Source of the DNA: Wickerhamiella versatilis
Taxonomy: Eukaryota
Direction: 5' to 3'
Assembly (NCBI GenBank): GCA_030867685.1
Contig: JAQOWU010000008.1
Span: forward strand, 1,984,001-2,048,000
Length of the DNA stretch: 64,000 nucleotides
Shown: positions 43,531 through 52,869 of the stretch, in pieces
Layout: each line of letters opens with the position of its first letter
Numbering within the stretch: the stretch's first letter is position 1
Position numbers and translations under genes: made by a program
Notes under the pieces: model-generated
What the model saw: only the letters and a program-made list of their open reading frames with translations
What the model was told of the DNA's origin: nothing
Databases searched by the model: none

Positions 43531-44922
43531 CTACGCATCCTCCTTGTTAGACCTCTCTTTTGGCGAATGAGTCGAGACCCCAATTAATCCCTCTAATGAA
43601 ATATCACCAAGATTTTCTTCCATTATCACAGAATCATAACCAGCCAATTCCTCCTCCTTAGTTATTCTTAAACGTAGACCAGGAATCCAATTCATTAGCA
43701 ACAAGATAACTACCGTCATAACAAACGACCAAGCAGCTATGGAAACACAACCCGCAAGATTATATCCAAGCTGCACCCAGTGTCCGTCAATCCAGCCACC
43801 ATCTACTTCTGTAGCCCCGTCAAGCTTAGCCACCCAGTCTGCTCCAAATAAAGCAGTACAGATTCCTCCAACGAAACCCCCAATTCCATGGAGATTGAAC
43901 ACCTCAAGACCTTCATCAATGCCCACGAGCCGTGCAAAGCCGTCAGTAAGATTGCAGATTAGTGCAGTAACAATACCAATAACGATAGCAAAGTAGAAAG
44001 GTACAAAACCTGCTGCTGGGGTAATACCGACAAGTCCTGCAATGACTCCTTCACATGCAGCAATTATGGACCACCGGTGTCCATTACGCAAGTAGTGGAC
44101 TATTGAGTAAGTGAGCAAGCCAGATGAAGCAGCAAGATTGGTATTACAGAAGGCATAAGTTGAACGGACAGTGTCATTCAGAGCAGTCCCAGAATTGAAA
44201 AATAACCACCCGAAATATATCAATGAAGTCCCCATAAATACAAGTAACACATTGTGTGGGCGTACCTTAGGAATCATATTTTTTCCGGTGCCATCCTCGT
44301 TATGTCTTGGCCCAAGTACTAATGCATAGGCCAACGCTCCAAAGCCGGAGGCAATATGAACTGGAGAACCCCCAGCAAAATCCATGGTGCCCAGCTTGTA
44401 AAGCCACCCGTTCGCATTCCAGGTCCAATATGCCGCAAAATCGTAGACTATTATTGACCATATGCAAGCAAAAATAATGCTAGGGATAACCCTTGCTCTC
44501 TCGTTTCCACCACCGATCATGATACAGACAGTGGCGACACAAAAGTAGCATTGAAAAATCGAATAGACAGGTTCATTAAGCTCCCCAACAGAAGGGTCAA
44601 CACTAGTTTTTACGCTTTTCATTCCTCCATTCCCAAGGGTGCCAATCATTGAATTCCCAGTAACCGAGCTTACAAGAGAGTATCCTAGCAAATACCAGAT
44701 GATACTGACAGCACCCCATACAAAAAAGTTCATGAAAAGAAGCGAAATTGCACTTCTCTTTCTTGAAAGTCCTGCGTATAGTAACGCAATTCCCGGCAAG
44801 ATCAGCCACACACAACCGGTACCAACCTGAATATATACATCACTTGGACCATTGTACTGAGTATTCACATCAGTAACCATGGGGTTTGGCCCACTTGGGT
44901 TACTGGGGTCATACGTAGACAT
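43531..44922 (-). CDS. Amt/Mep ammonium (methylammonium) permease
   Basis: PGIALLYAGL, DFAGGSPVH, GWLFFN, GLVGITPAAGFV and VFNLHGIGG with both pore histidines retained. First ATG at 44922. Confidence 0.95.
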   Translation of the reverse strand: MSTYDPSNPSGPNPMVTDVNTQYNGPSDVYIQVGTGCVWLILPGIALLYAGLSRKRSAISLLFMNFFVWGAVSIIWYLLGYSLVSSVTGNSMIGTLGNGGMKSVKTSVDPSVGELNEPVYSIFQCYFCVATVCIMIGGGNERARVIPSIIFACIWSIIVYDFAAYWTWNANGWLYKLGTMDFAGGSPVHIASGFGALAYALVLGPRHNEDGTGKNMIPKVRPHNVLLVFMGTSLIYFGWLFFNSGTALNDTVRSTYAFCNTNLAASSGLLTYSIVHYLRNGHRWSIIAACEGVIAGLVGITPAAGFVPFYFAIVIGIVTALICNLTDGFARLVGIDEGLEVFNLHGIGGFVGGICTALFGADWVAKLDGATEVDGGWIDGHWVQLGYNLAGCVSIAAWSFVMTVVILLLMNWIPGLRLRITKEEELAGYDSVIMEENLGDISLEGLIGVSTHSPKERSNKEDA

Positions 44923-45287
44923 CTCCACGTGAGTAGGATTAGGTCATCTCAAGTTTGCAGAAATGAATATATATATATATATTAGAGGTAAGGGTTTTGA
45001 GTTGAAGCGATAAGAGATGCAACTTTGGAAGGCCTGTAAAAGGGTCGTAGTGGACTTTAGGACAATACTGGACTTTGAAGCGAATTAAAGAATTCACATA
45101 ATTTTCGTGTGTAAGATGTAGGTGAGTTCTGCGAGACAGATTGCTAGCCAATTTTTTTTTCATGAATACAGTTTCTTTTTTTCAATTGTGAGGTTTTTGA
45201 CAAAGCGTAGCACGTCCTACGGGTCTGGTTCTATACGATAATCAAAGTATAAGATATCGACAAAGTACATGGAGCAATGATACTCAG

Positions 45288-45503
45288 CGGGATTCGATTT
45301 GTCAGACACGGGGGGGACCGTGCATCGATAACAAGGTGTCTTTTTTTTTGATTTTTTTACACATGAAATCAGAGGAATATTACCAAGACACCATAAAAAA
45401 AATTCCATTTTCTTCGTCTTCTGCGCGATTTCGCATTTGAAGCGGCCTATACTTTTCAATAATTATTATTATAATCTTCAGGGCTTATCGTCTTCGAACA
45501 CCG
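45288..45503. promoter_or_regulatory. TCRRANNCCG sites plus GATA in the divergent Mep/EutQ promoter
   Basis: CGGGATTCGA at 45288-45297, TCGAACACCG at 45494-45503, near-match TCAGACACGG at 45302-45311 and CTTATC at 45484-45489. Confidence 0.6.
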
Positions 45504-45586
45504 ACTGTACTGCTTCGGCGGTAAGGGTTATAATTTCGTCGGGCATATAAGTTTGGCCAGTTACATTTATTTTGTTACCTTCAAAA

Positions 45587-45946
45587 ATGCCGATGAAATA
45601 CAAGCCTTCTGCTGAGGGAGCAGCTGTTAAGCCTCCTCAGATCCCCTCTCCTGGTAACAACTCCTTCTTGGGTGATATTTTTACCTCTGATGCACCTAAA
45701 GACAAGCAGATATCCTGTGGTTTCTTCAAACAGGAGAAAGGAGAACCATTGGTCTACACTTATGACTACGATGAGATGAAGGTATTTCTAGAGGTCGAGG
45801 GTGAGTACACACTCTCAGACGAAACCGGTTACAAGGTAAAGGTATCTCCTGGTGATGTTTTCTACTTCAACAATGGAAGTACCATTACTTTCGAGACCAC
45901 TGGATATGGTCTCGCATTCTTTACTGGGTTGCGCCCTACTATGTAG
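45587..45946 (+). CDS. EutQ-like cupin
   Basis: ISCGFF..EKG..LVYTYDYDEMK..EGE..SDETG..PGDVFYF..GSTITF, the EutQ/cupin_3 pattern. Confidence 0.85.
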   Translation: MPMKYKPSAEGAAVKPPQIPSPGNNSFLGDIFTSDAPKDKQISCGFFKQEKGEPLVYTYDYDEMKVFLEVEGEYTLSDETGYKVKVSPGDVFYFNNGSTITFETTGYGLAFFTGLRPTM

Positions 45947-46210
45947 ACTTTATCACATGATAGCCTGAGATATAAAACTATATAGAGCGGATAGTATTAA
46001 TATTCAACTCTTAGAATTTTTGTTATGAGCAGAGTTCTTAAATTCCCTAAATTTGAAATGTGATGGTTGAATTACAGAAGTTCCTTGGCTATGCTGAGAT
46101 TCCCCAGGATTCGCTAAGTTCTCATGGTTACATTAATACTATATAGGTAGACTGCCAGGTATCTTTTGTTATCGAGGCAGATTTTGTTTCTTTATGATAA
46201 TAATAATAAT

Positions 46211-47281
46211 CTATGAGCGCAAGTAAGCTAGCACAGGAGCGCCCCATATATGGCGTCCTTTATACTGTGCTGTGTCTTCAGGCCACGCTTCGAGAGCATC
46301 AGCACAAGTGTTACCCAATCCTTCCCGCTTCAGCTCTGCTAAAGAGTACATATATGTGCGGATGGAGAACCCCAAAAATCCTGTAACTGGAAGCCGGAAG
46401 AGTACTTGCCGCTCCAAACGTACAAATACAGAATTCTCAAAATCCAAATTTTTTACGTCAATTTCTCCATCAAATGAAAAATTACCAGAGGAATATAGAT
46501 CATTAACCTCTCCTAGCATGACACCGAAAGTCACTCTTTGCGTAAATGGCCCCGGCACAATGCGATGGAAGTAACGGTTCATAGATTTCTGGAGTCTTTC
46601 CTTATACTGAGGAACGGGTATGTGGATGTCGGTCAACTTTAGTCCCACCTTTTCGCGCCATTCGAAGCCAAGACCAGCAAGTCCAGAGCTAGCCTGTAAA
46701 CGGTACTCTTCAACACTTGGGTCATATTCGAGCACCATAATGTCTTCCTCAAGATTCACAGCGAGGATACGGAGAAGATCACGGGGATCAGAATTTTTTT
46801 CAGAGTAACGTGGCAGCTTACCACCTGTAATGGTATTGATTATCATATTTCCCTCTGGTTCAAAATATTTTGGATATCGTTGAGTGAGTGTATCCATAGC
46901 AAAGTCATACATTTCTTGGACAGCTTCAGTAGTTCTATAAGTACCATTGACCATGCAGGTAGTATCAGGATGCTCATTCATAATACGTCTATGATTTGCC
47001 ATGGCCTGTAAATAGACGCTATCAATTTTCAACCAGTCCTGACGCTTGGAGCGTGTCACGTTCATCGTAACGTGATAAGTAGATTTAAAAGGGCGATATT
47101 TGTCGGGGTCTTCAGTACTCCAATCGAAGCCTGGGGGTACTGGTTCGATTTTACCCCAATCAGTCTTGGACTGAAACCGCGACTTATTTCCTCCAGAAAT
47201 GAAGCGATTCCAAAGCGCAATGACTACAATGAATAGAACTACAAGGATGCCCACAAGATATGGGGACATGGAGAAAGTCAT
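46211..47281 (-). CDS. DUF3445 / heme-dependent oxidative N-demethylase alpha-subunit-like protein, N-terminal membrane anchor (paralog 1)
   Basis: TM segment (YLVGILVVLFIVVIALW), YRPFK..HVTM, LEEDIMVL, KVGLKLTDIHIPVPQY and VRLERQVLFRLP.TG...FSIRTY. Confidence 0.88.
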   Translation of the reverse strand: MTFSMSPYLVGILVVLFIVVIALWNRFISGGNKSRFQSKTDWGKIEPVPPGFDWSTEDPDKYRPFKSTYHVTMNVTRSKRQDWLKIDSVYLQAMANHRRIMNEHPDTTCMVNGTYRTTEAVQEMYDFAMDTLTQRYPKYFEPEGNMIINTITGGKLPRYSEKNSDPRDLLRILAVNLEEDIMVLEYDPSVEEYRLQASSGLAGLGFEWREKVGLKLTDIHIPVPQYKERLQKSMNRYFHRIVPGPFTQRVTFGVMLGEVNDLYSSGNFSFDGEIDVKNLDFENSVFVRLERQVLFRLPVTGFLGFSIRTYMYSLAELKREGLGNTCADALEAWPEDTAQYKGRHIWGAPVLAYLRS

Positions 47282-47358
47282 CTCTGTTTTCTCCCGTCTG
47301 TGCGAGAGAATTTTATCAGCAAAGGGTCTGTTTATAGATATGACCGGGTTTATTACAT

Positions 47359-47625
47359 GCGTTGTCAGCCAAATCCCGACGAAATGTCGAACCCCGCGTT
47401 GTCAGCATGCGTATCGTCAAACACCGAAACAAGGTACTTTGATGAAACAGTTTCTACGCAAATAGACAGTTCAAATGAGATTTGTGGTTTTAGAGAAGGA
47501 TAATATGACTTAATTTGGAGAAATAATAGAAATACAGAGTGGATGGATCACGCTATCCAAAGGCATGATAGATGAACGCCTCCGTGGTTGGGGAGATAAC
47601 TAATCTGCGATAAGGTCAAAAGCCG
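47359..47625. promoter_or_regulatory. Bidirectional promoter of the DUF3445 pair: three TCRRANNCCG sites, an 11-bp direct repeat and GATA sites
   Basis: TCGAACCCCG 47387-47396, TCAAACACCG 47417-47426, TCAAAAGCCG 47616-47625; GCGTTGTCAGC at 47359 and 47396; GATAAG 47609-47614. Confidence 0.65.
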
Positions 47626-47676
47626 GGTGAGTTATATACAGACCTAGTTTCCGATGGTGTGTGTTGTGTTTGCGCA

Positions 47677-48789
47677 ATGGACAAATTCCTTTCTGGATTG
47701 CCGATACCAGCTTTGACGGCACACATAGGGTCGGTGTGGGCCTCGATTTTGTTAGTGCTAATTTTCGGGGCTGTTGGCTTGCTACTGGTTTCATACTCTT
47801 TCTCTAAGAAGAAGACATATGCACCAAAAGTTGATGCTGTATCGAAAGACTATGACTGGCGTACGAGAGTGCCAGAAAATTTCCGCCCAATGAAGCCTGT
47901 ATATCACATGGTTATGAATGTTGGCAAAATATCACCTGATAACTGGCTCTACATCGATAGCGACTACGAGTGGGTGACGAGTGTCCACTCAAAAATCTTG
48001 GATGAGCACCCAAATGATACTTGTAAAGCAAATGCCTCTGCGGAAACATCTAGAGCAATTGAGGAGCTTTATGATTTAGTATTTGGCGTACTAGTACAAC
48101 AGTACCCGCAATATTTTGTTGTAAAGGGCAAAACAATCATTAATACAATACTGAATACGAGGATTCCACGCTATGGATCGGGAAGTAAGCTTTCCTCAGA
48201 GGAACTACTACGTGTTCTTATGAAGAATACGGAGGAGGATTTCCAATTACTGCAGCATGACCCAGTTTCAGACGAGTTTGTTGTCAGGGGAATTGGTGGT
48301 CTAACTTCTGATGGCTATAGTTGGAAGAAAAAACTCAACAGAAAATTGACTGACGTTCATACTCCTGTTCCAGGCTATAAGGAAAAACTCAAGAATTCTA
48401 TGAACAAGTTCTTCAAAAAGCTCCAGCCCGGTCTTTTTATTCAACGGTTCACCTGGGGTATACATATAGGCTCCTGTGAACAAATTTACTACCCAGTAAG
48501 AGACCATGTAGGGTCTGGTGAAGGAGGGAAATTCAAAGAATCAGATATCGATTTCGAGAAGGGGGCCTGGCTACGTGTAGAACGTCAAGTACCTACTAAG
48601 CTACCGAAAAGTGGATTCCTCATTTTAACGCAGCATACATTCTGGTATCCATTAAAGGACCTCAAGAATGAAGGTATTGGTGACTTGACAGCAACAAGTA
48701 TAGAGGCATGGCCAGACGTCTTTGCTGAGTACAAAGGTAGACCAGATTGGGGAGAAGCTGTAAATTCCTGGCTGCGGAGAAAAGAATAA
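47677..48789 (+). CDS. DUF3445 / heme-dependent oxidative N-demethylase alpha-subunit-like protein, N-terminal membrane anchor (paralog 2)
   Basis: TM segment (WASILLVLIFGAVGLLLV), FRPMKPVYHMVM, TEEDFQLL, KLTDVHTPVPGY, QRFTW and LRVERQ..KLPKSG. First ATG at 47677. Confidence 0.88.
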   Translation: MDKFLSGLPIPALTAHIGSVWASILLVLIFGAVGLLLVSYSFSKKKTYAPKVDAVSKDYDWRTRVPENFRPMKPVYHMVMNVGKISPDNWLYIDSDYEWVTSVHSKILDEHPNDTCKANASAETSRAIEELYDLVFGVLVQQYPQYFVVKGKTIINTILNTRIPRYGSGSKLSSEELLRVLMKNTEEDFQLLQHDPVSDEFVVRGIGGLTSDGYSWKKKLNRKLTDVHTPVPGYKEKLKNSMNKFFKKLQPGLFIQRFTWGIHIGSCEQIYYPVRDHVGSGEGGKFKESDIDFEKGAWLRVERQVPTKLPKSGFLILTQHTFWYPLKDLKNEGIGDLTATSIEAWPDVFAEYKGRPDWGEAVNSWLRRKE

Positions 48790-49130
48790 AAAAATGTCTT
48801 TTTTTGCTAACTTGTAACTGCATGGCAGCCCGAGTAAATGTTTATTTAGTGTTCTTATGAATCTAAGCACGCGCATATTTAATGCCTTGTTCCTTTTTAT
48901 TTTTTTTGGTGGATTCACTCAGGTTTTGTCGCTTAGGAGTTCTAGTAGCTGACTGCTTCCTAATGGCTAGATTACGCATTTGTCTAACAAAACTTGTCAA
49001 ATAGGCTACTTTCGAGATGCGTCCAAGAACAAAAAAGGTAACAAAAAACAAGAGTACCACTTATAATTTGACTGCGATAGTCATGCAACTAGTAATATTT
49101 TATCTAGAAATAAGCTAAACAGAGTTCGGT

Positions 49131-51143
49131 TCATAGACGCTGCTCACCATGGCAGCTCTTCACTTCCACAGAGCGATTGAATTGTTGATTTGACGTAGGT
49201 ACGTCCATTGCTGGGTTTTCAGAGAAAAAGCCATAAGGATGAAGGCCGACAACAATTCGTTCCATGGGCATGATAGGAAAGTCTTCGATTCTGGGATAGT
49301 GCGTGAGACCAAAAGAGTGCCACAATACCACATCATCGTTACGCACATTTTCATTACGCTTAACCGCATCGGAACAGCCACCGGTTTCTTCTGCGCTTTG
49401 GTTTGTCCAATTTCCTCCGGCATAAAATTCCTGATCTTTGTGCTTCGTAACCCAGAAGTGATGTGTAGCGTATTTCGCACGCGAGCGAGCAACCGTACCC
49501 TCTGGGGCCATGAGAAGGGCTGACGGGAAAGGTGCAAGCTTATAACCAACAGGCTCCATAGTAATGGGATTGATCTTGTTCTCATTGACGATCTTAATGA
49601 AGCGGTTTTTAGACTGGTCACAATCAAGATACGAAGAGCGCTCGACATATGTAGGGTCATTGTAGAATCCAGTACCATATGGGTTTAGAGAATCCCGCGG
49701 TGGATGCTTGGTATCGCATACCACCACAGAATTAGAATGACCGTCAATAGCAGGGTCAACACGCATTGAGAAAACGTGCTGGTGGCCAGCAGCCAATACT
49801 GAAGGCGCTACAACAGTGCCCCACTTGCTTTTCTTACCAGGGTCAATGTATTGTGTAGAAATTACACCTGTTGCTCTAACCTCGAGTTCAACGCATCCTA
49901 CCTGGTCGAAGTGCCAGTTGAAAATGTATTCGTAGTTAGCGACAGTGATGACAGTTTGAAGGATCAAGATACGGCGTCTTACTACTCTGCCGACCCCAGT
50001 GCGGAAATTAGCATGCTTAAGAAGAATACCATCATCTTGTTCATGCATGCATACGACATTTTTGCGTTGCTCAACATTTCCGTCTGCATGGGTCAGGACA
50101 CCATCAAAATACTTGATAACACCGAGACAGTCGCAGCCAAGACCTAGAGAGTTGGCCGAGAATCCGGCACCGTAATCACCGAGATCAAATGCCTGTTTAC
50201 GGTGAAGTGGAGGACGAGGATCACTATAAGGCACAGTCATCTCGCTCACAGACAAACGATAGAAAAGCATCCGACCGTCATAACGTACATCACCAATAAC
50301 AAGCCCTTCGCGAGGATTGAACATCACACGGAAGCTCCACTTCTGCCAATTAACAAGACTGCCATCCACACTAAAAGATGGCCCATTTGGCTGAATCACA
50401 TTGTATGGCTGCAAGTCTGTACGCATTCCTGTTGATCGCAATTCAGGCATGTATTCAACTCCCTCGAAATCTTCGATAATGGAACCCTTACTATTACGAG
50501 TGTTATAGTTGATCTCCCCATTAGTGTCATCTCCCTCATTACCCGTTGCACACCAATCAATTCGCTCCAGTTTCTGCTCGAACGAGTCAACAACTGGCAC
50601 GAATGGTAATGGCAGAGCATAAATGTTTGATTCCTCATGTCTGTTTTTTGGATTGCGCATAAACATGAGGAACATAACATATCGTGGTTTTGTAACCTCC
50701 GAATCGCAGCCGTATACCCAAGGGTCAGCTGCCACCAAAGGAATCAAATCACCTGTTATGCCACACTGCTTGAGCGCATCAAGCACCTTTGGCTCCTTCA
50801 ACATCATTTGTTCGAGAGTTCCTCCCTCGATCATGTCTATCATAGCATGTTTTCCTACGGGGAAAGACTCCTGCTTGATAATAACCTGAGTGTCAAGGTT
50901 AATCCAAGCCTGCTCCGCACGCTTGTCCGATAAAATCAAGTAAACCGCATATGCAATACGCGGAGGCGGAGGGATCTTATGACCAGAATGCTCGGCATCG
51001 AGGTATTTCACCATGTATTTTTTGGGTGGTTCTTCGGTTTGAATTCCCTTGATGTGCAAAGCTTTACCACTGTTTGAATCTCTGAGAATCTTAACGGCAT
51101 TTTTGGCTTCCGCCACCGTAAGCTGGTCGAGGGGATGTACCAT
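49131..51143 (-). CDS. Copper amine oxidase (TPQ), methylamine-oxidase-like, probably peroxisomal
   Basis: HPLD, AFDLGDYG (catalytic Asp), TVANYEY (TPQ), HQH and THYP copper ligands, EDFPIMP; C-terminal QRL. Confidence 0.95.
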   Translation of the reverse strand: MVHPLDQLTVAEAKNAVKILRDSNSGKALHIKGIQTEEPPKKYMVKYLDAEHSGHKIPPPPRIAYAVYLILSDKRAEQAWINLDTQVIIKQESFPVGKHAMIDMIEGGTLEQMMLKEPKVLDALKQCGITGDLIPLVAADPWVYGCDSEVTKPRYVMFLMFMRNPKNRHEESNIYALPLPFVPVVDSFEQKLERIDWCATGNEGDDTNGEINYNTRNSKGSIIEDFEGVEYMPELRSTGMRTDLQPYNVIQPNGPSFSVDGSLVNWQKWSFRVMFNPREGLVIGDVRYDGRMLFYRLSVSEMTVPYSDPRPPLHRKQAFDLGDYGAGFSANSLGLGCDCLGVIKYFDGVLTHADGNVEQRKNVVCMHEQDDGILLKHANFRTGVGRVVRRRILILQTVITVANYEYIFNWHFDQVGCVELEVRATGVISTQYIDPGKKSKWGTVVAPSVLAAGHQHVFSMRVDPAIDGHSNSVVVCDTKHPPRDSLNPYGTGFYNDPTYVERSSYLDCDQSKNRFIKIVNENKINPITMEPVGYKLAPFPSALLMAPEGTVARSRAKYATHHFWVTKHKDQEFYAGGNWTNQSAEETGGCSDAVKRNENVRNDDVVLWHSFGLTHYPRIEDFPIMPMERIVVGLHPYGFFSENPAMDVPTSNQQFNRSVEVKSCHGEQRL

Positions 51144-51192
51144 GGCTAACTATTTGGTGCTTAGAAGCTTTAAATAGGGCGGGTTCCTATCT

Positions 51193-51278
51193 CTTATCAA
51201 CAGTTGTAAGCGGGAGTTGGCTGTCAGAAGCCGATCGGCTTCCGATAGGTGTTCGATCCATGTCCGGTGTCTGACAAA
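51193..51278. promoter_or_regulatory. Amine oxidase promoter: 16-bp palindrome, three TCRRANNCCG sites and GATA
   Basis: GAAGCCGATCGGCTTC at 51227-51242; motif sites at 51224-51233 (+), 51236-51245 (-) and 51265-51274 (-); CTTATC at 51193-51198. Confidence 0.7.
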
Positions 51279-51348
51279 CGATAAATCAATCAATCTCCTA
51301 ACCATACATTATATAAAACTGGCATTTTTAGTTTATTATCCGTACTTA

Positions 51349-52869
51349 CTACAACTTCGTAAACAAACCACTGCAAGCACCTTTTGTGTGCTGTATTAGG
51401 GTGCTCTTAGTTCTCAAGTAAGCCTTTATACCTTCTTCTCCATTTTCTAGGCCGATACCACTCATCTTCCAGCCCCCCACAGGCATCTCTGCAGGTGACT
51501 CACCCCATGTGTTGATCCAAGTAATCCCCGCTTCCAGTTTTTGGATGACCATAGTGGCCAATGCGGCATCTGAAGTTACAACCCCGGCCGCCAGACCCAT
51601 TGGTGTATCATTAGCTCGGGCAACAACTTTCTGAAGCCAATCATCACCATTTGTACTGTAGGGTAGGATGCACATTACCGGTCCAAATATTTCTTCACGT
51701 ACCACGCGCATGTTATCAGCACAGTTAGTGAATACAACCGGTGGCACCCAGAACCCACCAGATGTAGGCTGAACACTCTGAGCGTCAGCAGATCCATCGT
51801 AGAGAACTTTCGCCCTGTCAATATCGCGGCCATGGCGAATATACATCTTGACTTTAGCCTGATGCGCGGAGCTCACAACAGGTCCGAAGTTAGTATCTGC
51901 TTCTTGTGGCATTCCCATTCTAATACCACCTCTACAGCGGCTGATGATAGCTTCTTCAACAGGTCCAAGTAAAACATCAGGGACGAAAACTCTTGTTCCG
52001 TTGGTACACACCTGACCAGTGGAAAAAAAATTGGCAGCCATGGCTACATCTGCTGCTTCCTCTATGTCAGCGTCGGGCAGCACAACAAGAGGGCTCTTAC
52101 CACCTAATTCCATGGTAACCCCTTTCATACCACCCGCAGCGGAACTGGCGACCTTGCTGCCTGTGCTCACTTGTCCGGTGAAACTTACTTTTGCAATGCT
52201 GGGATGACTTACAAGAGGTGCCCCCACACTCATTCCATCACCGTAAACCACATTAAATACACCAGCTGGTACACCAGCTTCGATATATATCTCGGCAAGG
52301 GTGTTAGCATGAAGAGGTGTAACCTCACTTGGTTTATAGACCATACAGTTACCAGCTGCTAGACAAGGGGCAGATTTCCAAAGAGCGATTTGGATAGGAT
52401 AGTTCCAGGCACCGATGCCTGCGCAAACTCCTAGTGGCTCGTTGGTCGTGTATACTGATGCATCTTCCCTCAAACGGGTATATGATCCTGGGAGTCCACC
52501 AGCTACCTGATGGGCATAGTACTCTAAAACATCTGCTCCTGTGATAATATCCACGGTCGAGGTCTCGGAATATGGCTTTCCCGTGTCAAGTGTTTCGGTG
52601 AGTGCCAACTCATTATTGCGCTCACGAAGTATAGAAACGGCACGAAGCAATATTTCTGCTCGTTTAGAAGCTGGCGTATTGGACCATTGAGAGAATGCAG
52701 TCTGCGCAACTGATATGGTCTGCTCCAGCTCTGCGGGTGTTGTGGTGTAAACAGTTGCTAGAGGATTCCCGGTTGCTGGATCATAAGAGTGGAATTTCAC
52801 GGAAGAAGATGAAACTGGCCTCTGAGGCTTTCCCGAATGGAAAGTATAGATCTCAGAGGAGAACGTCAT
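51349..52869 (-). CDS. Betaine aldehyde dehydrogenase (BetB/ALDH9-like)
   Basis: GIGAWNYPIQIALWKSAPCLAAGN, KPSEVTPL, MELGGKSP, GQVCTNGTRVFV and WGESPAEMPVGG; C-terminal TKL. First ATG at 52869. Confidence 0.9.
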   Translation of the reverse strand: MTFSSEIYTFHSGKPQRPVSSSSVKFHSYDPATGNPLATVYTTTPAELEQTISVAQTAFSQWSNTPASKRAEILLRAVSILRERNNELALTETLDTGKPYSETSTVDIITGADVLEYYAHQVAGGLPGSYTRLREDASVYTTNEPLGVCAGIGAWNYPIQIALWKSAPCLAAGNCMVYKPSEVTPLHANTLAEIYIEAGVPAGVFNVVYGDGMSVGAPLVSHPSIAKVSFTGQVSTGSKVASSAAGGMKGVTMELGGKSPLVVLPDADIEEAADVAMAANFFSTGQVCTNGTRVFVPDVLLGPVEEAIISRCRGGIRMGMPQEADTNFGPVVSSAHQAKVKMYIRHGRDIDRAKVLYDGSADAQSVQPTSGGFWVPPVVFTNCADNMRVVREEIFGPVMCILPYSTNGDDWLQKVVARANDTPMGLAAGVVTSDAALATMVIQKLEAGITWINTWGESPAEMPVGGWKMSGIGLENGEEGIKAYLRTKSTLIQHTKGACSGLFTKL

